From positions 1 to 36,232 of the forward strand of contig JAEZLG010000094.1 of NCBI GenBank assembly GCA_023435855.1: DNA of 36,232 nt. The letters are read 5' to 3'. The notes below the pieces were generated by a model. It ran no database searches. It was given only the letters and a program-made list of their open reading frames with translations, and had not been told where the DNA came from. The first letter of the stretch is position 1, and every line of letters starts with the position of its first letter. The position numbers were made by a program, and so were the translations under genes. Positions 1 through 7,784 of the stretch are shown in pieces. Source of the stretch: Bacillota bacterium (GTDB lineage: Bacteria; Bacillota; Clostridia; Christensenellales; CAG-138).

Positions 1-1398
1 ACAAGGCGTACACTGTACGATCTTGAGCGTGCCAAGGAGCGTCTGCAAATCCTGGAAGGCCTTCGTATAGCGCTTGACAACATCGACGAGGTCATAGAGC
101 TTATCAAAACCTCCCCGAATGCCGCCGTCGCCAAAGAACGCCTCAACGCGCGCTTTGCATTGAGCGATAAGCAATCGCAGGCCATCCTCGATATGCGCTT
201 GCAGCGCTTGACAGGCCTCGAGCGCGACAAGATTGAAGAGGAATATAACGAGCTTTTGAAAACCGTGGCATATTATGAGAGCATACTCGCAGACGAGAAG
301 ATACTTTTGGGCATTATCCGCGATGAGGTATTGGAAATCCGCCGTAAGTTTGCGGACGAGCGCCGCACGAGCATTGAGCTTGCGAGCGACGATATAGACC
401 TTGATGACGTGATACAGCCCGAGGACATGGTGATAACTCTTACGCAGTTTGGCTATATAAAGCGCATGGAGATGGACAACTACCGCGCGCAGCGGCGCGG
501 CGGGCGCGGTATCATGGCACAGACTACGCGTGAGGAAGATTTCGTTCGCGATATATTCATCGCCAACACGCATGACCAGATCTTGTTCTTCACGAATATG
601 GGCAGGGCATTTCGCATTAAGTGCTACTTAATTCCCGAAGCGGGGCGTACGGCAAAGGGCACGCCCATCGTGAACCTTCTCCAGCTTCGCGACGGCGAAA
701 AGGTGACCACGATGCTTCGCGTCACAAAAGAGGTAGAGGCAAAATACCTCGTGCTTGCGACGCGCGAGGGACTCATTAAAAAGACTTGCGTGAGCGAGTT
801 TGAAAACATCCGCAAGGGCGGCTTAATCGCGCAAAACCTCAATGAAGGCGACGAGATGATCGGCGTGCTTCTGACCGAAGGAGACGATGAGATACTCGTA
901 GGCACGCGTCAGGGTAAGTGTATTCGCTTCAGCGAAGACGATATGCGTCCCATGGGCCGCACGGCGGCCGGCGTAAGGAGCATTGCGCTTGACGACGGCG
1001 ACAGCGTTGTAGATGTTGAGAGGGTGCAAAAAGGCGCACATGTTCTTTGCGTAACGGAGCGAGGCCTTGGCAAACGCACGCCGGAAGAAGAATATCCCCT
1101 GCAGGGCAGGTACGGTAAAGGTGTTATCACCATTAAAGTTACGGAACGCACGGGAGAGCTCATCTGCCTCAAAATGACCGACGGCGATGAGGATATGATG
1201 ATTATTCGCGACGACGGCACTGCCATCCGCATGAACGTGAACGATGTGAGCATATTCGGGCGCAACACCCAGGGCGTAAAGCTTATGCGCGTAGACGAAG
1301 GCACCCGCGTGGTGGGCGTAACGCTCGTACCGAGTGCAGAGGAAGAGGAAGAAGAAGAAACGTCCGAGGGAAATACACCGATAGGTATAGAGGAATAA
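1..1398 (+). CDS. gyrA: DNA gyrase subunit A, C-terminal part (5' end lies outside the window)
   Basis: Frame 1 is open from nt 1 (TRRTLYDLERAKERLQILEGL...SDKQSQAILDMRLQRLTGLE). It continues through GyrA C-terminal beta-pinwheel-type repeats to an acidic EEEEEEE tail, with TAA at 1396-1398. The ORF-track Met at 160 is internal. Confidence 0.95.
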   Translation, partial: TRRTLYDLERAKERLQILEGLRIALDNIDEVIELIKTSPNAAVAKERLNARFALSDKQSQAILDMRLQRLTGLERDKIEEEYNELLKTVAYYESILADEKILLGIIRDEVLEIRRKFADERRTSIELASDDIDLDDVIQPEDMVITLTQFGYIKRMEMDNYRAQRRGGRGIMAQTTREEDFVRDIFIANTHDQILFFTNMGRAFRIKCYLIPEAGRTAKGTPIVNLLQLRDGEKVTTMLRVTKEVEAKYLVLATREGLIKKTCVSEFENIRKGGLIAQNLNEGDEMIGVLLTEGDDEILVGTRQGKCIRFSEDDMRPMGRTAAGVRSIALDDGDSVVDVERVQKGAHVLCVTERGLGKRTPEEEYPLQGRYGKGVITIKVTERTGELICLKMTDGDEDMMIIRDDGTAIRMNVNDVSIFGRNTQGVKLMRVDEGTRVVGVTLVPSAEEEEEEETSEGNTPIGIEE

Positions 1399-1401
1399 AA
1401 T

Positions 1402-1426
1402 GTAGGGGCGGATACTATCCGCCCGC
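1402..1426. repeat. REP-like GC-rich palindromic unit GTAGGGGCGGATACTATCCGCCCGC
   Basis: Stem GGGCGGA/TCCGCCC lies directly after the gyrA stop, with no U-tract. A near-identical 25-mer occurs at 5105-5129 and differs only at the loop apex (C vs G). A related unit lies at 5159-5183. Confidence 0.6.
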
Positions 1427-1494
1427 AATACAGCCGAACATCCCCTATAGTCCCCTGCTTCTTTTCTTTCACGAAAAGATGACTGCGAGGAAAA

Positions 1495-2898
1495 ATGCCG
1501 ACCATTCCCATTTCAAAACCCTTAAAGCGATTAGCAGCCCTCTTTTTGCAGGAGGGCTTTTCGCTCTATGCGGTGGGCGGCATGGTACGAAACCCGCTTT
1601 TAGGCTTTCCTGTGAGCGATACGGATATCGCAAGCGCTATGGAGCCCGAGTGCCTTATGGAGCTTTGTGAACGCCACGGCATTCGTCAGATACCCAAAGG
1701 ACTTTCCTACGGTACGCTGGAGCTTCATGTCGATGGTGAAAGCTATGAGCACACCACATTCCGCGCTGATACCTACGGCACGGGAGGCGCTCACAGGCCG
1801 GAAGCGGTTGCGTTTTCAAAGACGCCTGAGGAGGATGCATTCCGCCGCGATTTTACGGTAAATGCACTCTACTATGATATTTCTGCCGAAAAACTGATAG
1901 ACCCTACGGGGGGGATAAGCGACCTTCATGACCGTGTGATACGTGCTACGAGCAAGGACCCGGCTGTCATTTTACGCGACGATGGGCTTCGTATTTTGCG
2001 CATGTTGCGTTTTATGGGTGAGCTTGGGTTTCACATTGAGGAAGACACACTCCGTGCAGCCAAAGAGAATGTAGAAGGCTTAAAGGATATCTCCCCCGAG
2101 CGCGTGCGTGACGAGCTTACTAAAATACTACTTTGCGATGCACGTTATGCCGTGTGGCATTACGACAGTGATACGAATTCTGCAGGGGACGGAAGCCCTG
2201 TCTTAAAGGCACTGCAAACGATGGAAGAAATAGGCGCATTAAAAGCGGTATTCCCTGAGTTGAGCATGATGCGCGGTGTGCAGCAAAAAACCTCCCACCA
2301 TCGCTTCGACGTACTCGACCACAGCTTTCACGCCTGTGCGTGCGTTGTGCCGGAACTATCCTTGCGTTTAAGTGCGCTTTTGCATGACACGGGTAAGCCC
2401 GAAAGCGTAAGGCTAAACGGCAATATGCATGGGCATGAGGTCAGAAGCGAATTAATTTCCCGGGAAATTCTGACACGATTGCGTTACCCAACAGCGTTGG
2501 TTGACAAAGTGTGCATTCTTGTGAAAAACCATATGTACGATCTCAACGGCGATGCGCGAGAGTTTAAGCTCCGGCTCCGTTTTACCTCTATGGGTAAAGA
2601 GAATGCAAAAAAACTTGTGCACTTGCGTGAGGCGGATGTACATGGCTCGGGTGTACTTTCAGGTCCGGTCAAAACCGCGGAAAAATGGAAAAAGATCCTT
2701 GACAGAATGGAAAAAGAAAATGTGCCATGGAGCTTAGATGAGCTTGCCTGCACAGGTACGGACATTATGACATGGCTTAACATAGGCCCGTCGCCTCGTG
2801 TGGGAGAGGTGAAACAACGTCTTTATGAGCACTGCGTTCGCTACCCCAAGGATAATAACAAAAACATACTTCAAAAAATAGTTGGAGGAATGAACTGA
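1495..2898 (+). CDS. cca: CCA-adding tRNA nucleotidyltransferase (poly(A) polymerase family head plus HD domain)
   Basis: 467 aa. N-terminus has YAVGGMVRN...DTDIA (GG/DxD nucleotidyltransferase motif) and RADTYGTGGAHRPE...RRDFTVNALY. C-terminal HD region has HHRFDVLDHS...LLHDTGK. Confidence 0.9.
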   Translation: MPTIPISKPLKRLAALFLQEGFSLYAVGGMVRNPLLGFPVSDTDIASAMEPECLMELCERHGIRQIPKGLSYGTLELHVDGESYEHTTFRADTYGTGGAHRPEAVAFSKTPEEDAFRRDFTVNALYYDISAEKLIDPTGGISDLHDRVIRATSKDPAVILRDDGLRILRMLRFMGELGFHIEEDTLRAAKENVEGLKDISPERVRDELTKILLCDARYAVWHYDSDTNSAGDGSPVLKALQTMEEIGALKAVFPELSMMRGVQQKTSHHRFDVLDHSFHACACVVPELSLRLSALLHDTGKPESVRLNGNMHGHEVRSELISREILTRLRYPTALVDKVCILVKNHMYDLNGDAREFKLRLRFTSMGKENAKKLVHLREADVHGSGVLSGPVKTAEKWKKILDRMEKENVPWSLDELACTGTDIMTWLNIGPSPRVGEVKQRLYEHCVRYPKDNNKNILQKIVGGMN

Positions 2899-2899
2899 C

Positions 2900-3553
2900 A
2901 TGAAGCGACCCATCATCGGCATAAGCCCGTCGTTTGAGGAAGACAAGTATTATAAGCTTTACAAAAACTATTGCTCGCTCATCAACGAAGCAGGCGGCGA
3001 GGCAATTATCCTTCCCTTTCAATTCGAAACGTTTTCCGCTTTGGACGGCGTGATCTTATCGGGCGGCGGCGATGTGGACGGACAGTTGGGCGGTTATGAG
3101 AACACAGAAATTGTTGATCGTGTAGCGCATGAGAGAGACGCGTTTGAAGTTAGGCTTTTTGAAGCGGCGTTTCGGCGTAGCGCACCCATTTTGGGTATAT
3201 GCCGCGGGCACCAGATCATAAACGTTGCGTTAAAAGGCACGCTGCATCGCGATATTCCTGAGGCAGGCTTTACTGAGAATCATCAGCTTCACGGCGAAAG
3301 CGAGCACCCCATTCGCACCCTGGCGCCTTCGCGCGTGAGAGAGATGTTTGGCGAAACGGCAATGGTTTGGAGCACGCATCACCAGGCGGTAAAAGACCTC
3401 GGAAAAGGGCTTACGGCAACTGCTTGGTCACCGGAGGGCATCATAGAAGCTATAGAGCATGAAAACGGACGTGTAATCGGGCTTCAAACGCATCCGGAGC
3501 GCATGGGCTTTCTGCCACCGTTTTTATGGCTCGTGGAGAACTGCGGCAAATAA
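2900..3553 (+). CDS. Gamma-glutamyl-gamma-aminobutyrate hydrolase family protein (class-I glutamine amidotransferase-like, peptidase C26)
   Basis: 217 aa. Nucleophile elbow GICRGHQ and distal QTHPE His/Glu. GGAGGA SD sits inside the end of cca, and the ATG is 1 nt after the cca stop. Confidence 0.85.
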   Translation: MKRPIIGISPSFEEDKYYKLYKNYCSLINEAGGEAIILPFQFETFSALDGVILSGGGDVDGQLGGYENTEIVDRVAHERDAFEVRLFEAAFRRSAPILGICRGHQIINVALKGTLHRDIPEAGFTENHQLHGESEHPIRTLAPSRVREMFGETAMVWSTHHQAVKDLGKGLTATAWSPEGIIEAIEHENGRVIGLQTHPERMGFLPPFLWLVENCGK

Positions 3554-3627
3554 ACGCGAAGCATGTAAAACGGTGTAAACATTTTATGACAAAACACTAA
3601 AGCGGTGCGCAAACGGCCACTGTTTGC

Positions 3628-3656
3628 TTGCAAATGCGCCAAAAAGCATGTAGAAT
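3628..3656 (+). promoter_or_regulatory. Sigma-A-type promoter for the hydrolase gene
   Basis: TTGCAA (3628-3633), 17-nt spacer, TAGAAT (3651-3656). Followed by a roughly 110-nt leader containing the GGGCAT..ATGCCC and AAGGCGT..ACGCCTT hairpins. Confidence 0.5.
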
Positions 3657-3768
3657 AACATGACTATATAGCGTGTAATTGCGCTGGGCATAGCGGATAC
3701 AGCATGCCCTTAAGGCGTGTTACCATTTTTAAAAACGCCTTTTAGGCGGGGATACCGGGAGGTCACAC

Positions 3769-4785
3769 GTGAGCTTATCCCTTGAGGTTAAAAAATTTAT
3801 CAACTCCGAACATATCGGGGACTATGTAGAATTCACCCTGCCCGCACCGGACTATCCGGAGCGCGGCAGCCGTAAAAAGCCCGTTAAGGAGCAAAAGCCC
3901 GAAGCTGCAGAAGCAATCGCTGCGGAAGCGACCGAAGGTGATGTGAAGGCGGAGGAACCAACTCCTGTAACGGTGGAAGTCCCAACCGGCGAAAAGGTAC
4001 GCATGCACTATCTTGAGGCGGGCGTAGGTGAACCTCTTATTTTGGTTCATACAATCGCACAGTCCATCTACACCTGGCGAAGTGCATTTAACCGTTTGAG
4101 TGAATACTACCGCGTGATTGCTGTTGACCTATTAGGCCATGGCTATTCAGACAGGCCGGAGACATTCGGCTATACCATTGAGGAACATGCAGAGAGCCTT
4201 CGGCTGTTTATGGACGCTATAGGCATTAAATCCGCGCACTTCATGGGTTTCTCTATGGGCTGTGCATACGTATCGCAGCTTGCGGTTTCAGCACCCGAGC
4301 GCATGGGCAGGATTATCCTCCTTGCCCCCGGTGGTATATCGCCTGAAATGCCGCTTCCCATCCGCATGATTGACAGCACGGTATTTGGCCCAATCGCCTC
4401 CATGCTCTTTGGGCTGCGCACTGTGGAGAATGTGCTGTCCGAATGCTTCTTTGACCTCACCTGCCTCACTAGTGACGTTATAACAGAATACTACCGCACC
4501 ATTTCCGATCCTTCCGGCAGGCGCGCTGTTCGCCACTCACTCCATTATTTTGACGATACCGTTATCAACACGCGCTTGCGTGAGATGGAACAGGATATTT
4601 TGATTTTACAGGGCGGCGAGGATAAATGGCGCTCCCAGACGCAGGCTGAGTTCTACCACGCAGCCTATAAAAACGCCTGCTTTGCGGTGGTGCGAAACGC
4701 CGGCCACCTTTTACAAGAGGAAAAGCCCGATAAGCTCTTAGCAGCTACGCTCGAATTCATACCTGTGGCGATGCCGGGGGAATAA
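3769..4785 (+). CDS. Alpha/beta-fold hydrolase with an ~80-aa low-complexity Lys/Glu/Ala/Pro-rich N-terminal extension
   Basis: 338 aa. GTG start 6 nt after GGGAGG. Has HYLEAGVGEPLILVHT, a GFSMG nucleophile motif (G-x-S-x-G) and a C-terminal NAGHLLQEEKP. Confidence 0.85.
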   Translation: MSLSLEVKKFINSEHIGDYVEFTLPAPDYPERGSRKKPVKEQKPEAAEAIAAEATEGDVKAEEPTPVTVEVPTGEKVRMHYLEAGVGEPLILVHTIAQSIYTWRSAFNRLSEYYRVIAVDLLGHGYSDRPETFGYTIEEHAESLRLFMDAIGIKSAHFMGFSMGCAYVSQLAVSAPERMGRIILLAPGGISPEMPLPIRMIDSTVFGPIASMLFGLRTVENVLSECFFDLTCLTSDVITEYYRTISDPSGRRAVRHSLHYFDDTVINTRLREMEQDILILQGGEDKWRSQTQAEFYHAAYKNACFAVVRNAGHLLQEEKPDKLLAATLEFIPVAMPGE

Positions 4786-5069
4786 AGCGCTTGCGCGCTT
4801 TCGCGTGCATGTCTTGTGAGCCATGCACGCGAGTAAGGGTCTTGCACATCCGCCTCTCGCGCTTTGGCGCTCCCACCCTTCGGGTACTACTGATGTCGCC
4901 TATGGCGACAATTAAGGTTGCGGGCGGCGGATGTGAAAGGAACGAAAGGCTACGCCTTTCATCCGTTTCGGCGCACGCAAGGCCGTAGGCCTTGGCCCAA
5001 AGGGCTCCGGCTATGCCGGACGCACATGTCGCCGAAGCCGGAAGGAAGTCAAGGGGTTCGCCCCTTGAC
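4786..5069 (+). repeat. Structured intergenic repeat element, copy A (candidate ncRNA or REP/MITE-like element)
   Basis: Homologous to 21085-21320. The 95-nt core 4842-4936 is 89/95 identical to 21143-21237. A 10-bp closing helix (4845-4854/4926-4935) encloses three mini-hairpins. Flanking hairpins are conserved through compensatory changes. See findings. Confidence 0.7.
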
Positions 5070-5104
5070 AATCCCGGAGTTATCGGGGTTATGCCCAGAA
5101 CCCC

Positions 5105-5129
5105 GTAGGGGCGGATAGTATCCGCCCGC
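5105..5129. repeat. REP-like palindromic unit GTAGGGGCGGATAGTATCCGCCCGC (second copy)
   Basis: 24/25 identical to 1402-1426. The single difference is at the loop apex. Confidence 0.6.
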
Positions 5130-5158
5130 GTGTTCATGCAAAGGATTGAATTTCTCAT

Positions 5159-5189
5159 GTAGGGCGGGATGATTTCATCCCGCTGTTTT
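5159..5189 (+). terminator. Intrinsic terminator / third REP-related hairpin
   Basis: GTAGGGCGGGATGAtttCATCCCGC: an 8-9-bp GC stem (5164-5183) followed by TGTTTT and an A-run. Probable 3' end of the hydrolase / element-A transcript. Confidence 0.6.
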
Positions 5190-5212
5190 AAAAAAAATAT
5201 TTACTTTACCTA

Positions 5213-5243
5213 TTGACCCTGACGTTGCGTTAGGGTTTATTGT
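5213..5243 (+). promoter_or_regulatory. MerR-type promoter with a 19-bp spacer containing a palindromic operator
   Basis: TTGACC (5213-5218), 19-nt spacer, TATTGT (5238-5243). The spacer carries the imperfect dyad ACCCTgACG-n5-CGTtAGGGT (5216-5236). GGGAGG SD and ATG at 5268 follow. Confidence 0.65.
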
Positions 5244-5267
5244 ATTTGTAAAGGGAGGCGAAACGGG

Positions 5268-6005
5268 ATGATGACCGTGCACGAGGTGGCAAAGCTCGCG
5301 GGAATCAGCGTACGCACGCTGCATTATTACGATGAAATCGGGCTACTCCGTCCGGACGGAGCGAGCTACGCGGGATACCGGCTTTATGGGGATAGTTCCA
5401 TAGAGCGGCTTCAGCAGATTTTGTTTTTCCGCGAGCTTGGGTTTCCCCTAGGGGAAATCGCGGCCATACTTAATGCGCCAAACTATGATAAATCACAGGC
5501 GCTTTTAAACCACAGGCGGCTTCTTACGCTCAAACGCGAGCGGCTAAACGGGCTTATCGCCCTTGTGGATCAAGCGCTCAAAGGAGAGGATTCTATGAGC
5601 ATAAAGGAATTTGATATGAAAAAGATTGATGAAGCACGCGAACAGTATGCCGCAGAGGCAAAGTCGCGATGGGGTGAAACGAACGCGTATAAGGAAAGTG
5701 AAAAACGCACCGCCAAATACACCAAAGAGGATTGGGCGCGAATGAGCACTAAATCGGAGGCGATTTTCAAGGGCTTTGCCGAATTGCGAAATTTGGACCC
5801 CGCATCCGATGCAGTGCAGTCGCTTGTGCGGCAATGGAAGGCGTTCATAAGCGAGAGCTATTATGACTGCACGGACGAGATACTTTCAGGTTTGGGTGAA
5901 ATGTATGTGGATGATGCGCGGTTCACAAAAAATATCGACGCTTATGGAGAGGGTACCGCAATGTTTATGCGTGACGCCATACGGGCGAATGTGAAAGGAA
6001 AGTAA
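5268..6005 (+). CDS. MerR-family transcriptional regulator with a TipAS-like effector domain
   Basis: 245 aa. N-terminal HTH MTVHEVAKLAGISVRTLHYYDEIGLL, a coiled-coil linker, and a C-terminal region (WGETNAYKESEKRTAKYTKEDW...) typical of TipAS/Mta-type regulators. Confidence 0.9.
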   Translation: MMTVHEVAKLAGISVRTLHYYDEIGLLRPDGASYAGYRLYGDSSIERLQQILFFRELGFPLGEIAAILNAPNYDKSQALLNHRRLLTLKRERLNGLIALVDQALKGEDSMSIKEFDMKKIDEAREQYAAEAKSRWGETNAYKESEKRTAKYTKEDWARMSTKSEAIFKGFAELRNLDPASDAVQSLVRQWKAFISESYYDCTDEILSGLGEMYVDDARFTKNIDAYGEGTAMFMRDAIRANVKGK

Positions 6006-6012
6006 CAAAAAG

Positions 6013-6043
6013 GCCGTTTCGGGAACTTTGCCGGAACGGCTTT
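6013..6043 (+). terminator. Intrinsic terminator after the MerR gene
   Basis: 10-bp stem GCCGTTTCGG/CCGGAACGGC (one G-U pair) with an 8-nt loop, followed by TTTAT. Confidence 0.55.
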
Positions 6044-6100
6044 ATACTATGCCGAAAAGGGCAATGTTCAAACATCGTTTACAGGGAGATTGGGGCCTAT

Positions 6101-6712
6101 ATGGTAAAATCGGTAAAAGAATTTTACCCCGTCATCAAGATATGCGGAGGTTGTATGCTTTTAGGATACGTTGTGAGGGTTCTTCCCGTTATCGCGCTTT
6201 TTAGCCTCCTAATCTATTTACCGGTGTATTTTGCGCATAAACATCGCTTTGGAAAAAGACCATTTGTCAGACATGTTGTGATCTACGCCTTTATCGGGTG
6301 CTGTTTGTCGCTTCTCTACTTGACGATTCTATGGTACTACCCCGATATTACGTTTCACCCGGGTTATTACATGCTGAATTTGGAGCCCTTCGTCTGGACG
6401 CGGGAAGTTTACAGCATGGGTGCGGTAAAGATGTTCAAGCAGCTTGCCGTCAACATTGTTATGTTTATCCCTTACGGAATGCTACTCCCCATGACATTTG
6501 AGAAAATGAATAGACTGTGGAAAACAGCGCTTTGCGTGCTGTTTACCACCATTTCGATAGAAACGCTGCAATTCTTCATGGGGCGAAGCGCCGATGTTGA
6601 CGACGTTATTATGAAATTTATAGGCGGGATTGTAGGGTATCTATTGTTTTTGCTATTGCAGTCGGCTTACGGAAATAAAAAGGGCTGGCAGCGTGCCTTG
6701 CATCGGACATAA
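6101..6712 (+). CDS. VanZ-family membrane protein
   Basis: 203 aa, multi-TM. Has PFVWTRE...NIVMFIPYG...RSADVDDVIMKFIGGIVGY, characteristic of VanZ-like proteins. An alternative start at Met 6155 (MLLGYVV) is preceded by GGAGG. Confidence 0.8.
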   Translation: MVKSVKEFYPVIKICGGCMLLGYVVRVLPVIALFSLLIYLPVYFAHKHRFGKRPFVRHVVIYAFIGCCLSLLYLTILWYYPDITFHPGYYMLNLEPFVWTREVYSMGAVKMFKQLAVNIVMFIPYGMLLPMTFEKMNRLWKTALCVLFTTISIETLQFFMGRSADVDDVIMKFIGGIVGYLLFLLLQSAYGNKKGWQRALHRT

Positions 6713-6730
6713 AGTATTCCGGAAGGAAAA

Positions 6731-6757
6731 GCCGCGGTGTTTCTTAGCACCGCGGCT
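6731..6757. terminator. Bidirectional hairpin between convergent genes
   Basis: GCCGCGGTG-tttctta-GCACCGCGGC. A-rich on the 5' side and T-rich on the 3' side. Abuts the ATPase stop codon at 6762. Confidence 0.6.
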
Positions 6758-6761
6758 TCGT

Positions 6762-7784
6762 TTAATTTTCTGTTCTCCAACTCCTGTACAGCCCCGCTAT
6801 AACCGCCTCAAGCGGTTCTGCGGCAAGTTCTACATCGGATACATCGGGTATTTCCGAAAGCTCGCGCAGCACTTCCTGCACGGGTGTTTTTTGGGGCTCG
6901 AAGGCATAGGTATGCATCGAGTCTATGCTTTCCACAAGTAAAGCGGAAATTAGTTTCGGTGGTACGGGCGAGCTTGTTTGGATGCGTACGAGCCTGTTAA
7001 AACTGTTATTTTGTCTTAGCGCTTCAAACGTACCGTCAAACGCAATGCGCCCGTTTGATAGGAGCACTACGCGATGTGCCATTTCGGCAAGATCGTCCAT
7101 GTCATGCGAGGTTACAAGTACCGTTGTGCCGTAGAGAGAGCCGAGTGTGCGTAAAAACTCGATCATCTGCCGTTTGGCAAGTACGTCAAGCCCCAGCGTT
7201 GGTTCATCGAGCAATATGAGCTTGGGGTTATGAAGGAGCATCAGTGCAAGCTCGCAGCGCATTCTTTGCCCGAGGCTAAGTTCACGTGCAAAGGTATGCA
7301 GCAAATCGCCTATGTCGAGCCGCTCCGTTACGTCATGGAGCATGCGCGTATAGGTGGTATCGGGAATATTCCACACCTCGCGCTTCCATTCAAAGCTCGA
7401 TAAAATGGGATGGTCCCACCAAAGCTCCATGCGGTTGCCGAAGAGTATACCGACATTTTGCATGAGCTCAACGCGGTTCTTCATGGGTGAAAGACCCATA
7501 ACGTTTACCTCCCCAATGTCCGGCACGAGCATGCCGCAAAGGAGTTTTATGGTGGTGCTTTTTCCGGCACCGTTGGGGCCTGCATAGGCCACAAATTCGC
7601 CCTTATTTACTTTAAGGTTCACGCTGTCAAGTGCGCACACCTCTTTTACCTCGGGATGCAGGAGGTTTTTGAGCGCGTTTATAACCGTGCCTGCACGCTG
7701 CTGTTGGTAAAAAGTCTTTTTAACATTTGTAAGTTCAACCGCGGTGTCCCATGCTGCGGTAGCGCGAACTGCCGACTTTGGCAT
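6762..7784 (-). CDS. ABC transporter ATP-binding protein (ABC-2-type system with two dedicated permeases)
   Basis: 340 aa. Walker A GPNGAGKST, signature LSLGQRMR, Walker B LILLDEPTLGLD, H-loop TSHD, plus a ~90-aa C-terminal extension. The only in-frame start overlaps the upstream permease by 50 nt. Confidence 0.9.
   Translation of the reverse strand: MPKSAVRATAAWDTAVELTNVKKTFYQQQRAGTVINALKNLLHPEVKEVCALDSVNLKVNKGEFVAYAGPNGAGKSTTIKLLCGMLVPDIGEVNVMGLSPMKNRVELMQNVGILFGNRMELWWDHPILSSFEWKREVWNIPDTTYTRMLHDVTERLDIGDLLHTFARELSLGQRMRCELALMLLHNPKLILLDEPTLGLDVLAKRQMIEFLRTLGSLYGTTVLVTSHDMDDLAEMAHRVVLLSNGRIAFDGTFEALRQNNSFNRLVRIQTSSPVPPKLISALLVESIDSMHTYAFEPQKTPVQEVLRELSEIPDVSDVELAAEPLEAVIAGLYRSWRTEN

Noticed and set aside
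4886-4918. CUGAUG followed by a hairpin inside the repeat core, reminiscent of the hammerhead ribozyme CUGAUGA box.
   Set aside because: The box reads CUGAUGU rather than CUGAUGA. The hairpin is followed by ACAAUUAAG rather than the obligatory GAAA core. No stem I/III arrangement with a cleavage site is evident.
4791-4988. 65-aa ORF across repeat copy A. It shares LHIRLSRF(G/S)APTLRVLLMSP(M/S)ATIKVAGGGC with the ORF across copy B, and three of the six core substitutions are synonymous in this frame.
   Set aside because: There is no SD and no conserved start codon. The copy-B frame only opens inside spoIIE. Sequences flanking the core diverge through paired stem changes, which fits structural rather than coding constraint. 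A micro-protein cannot be fully excluded without ribosome profiling.
4969-5034. CACGCA ... GGACGCA strings in the copy-A expansion recall the c-di-GMP-I (GEMM-I) riboswitch.
   Set aside because: Helix lengths, the GNRA tetraloop/receptor pair and the GGCAAACC / ACGCAAAGCC consensus are not reproduced. The segment lies 3' of a gene rather than in a 5' leader, and it is absent from copy B.
5035-5047. AAGCCGGAAGGAA resembles the SRP RNA domain IV string GUCCGGAAGGAAGCAGC.
   Set aside because: The rest of the SRP symmetric/asymmetric loop consensus (GGAAGCAGC ... GGCAG) is missing. The element is also present twice in 16 kb, whereas SRP RNA is a single-copy gene.
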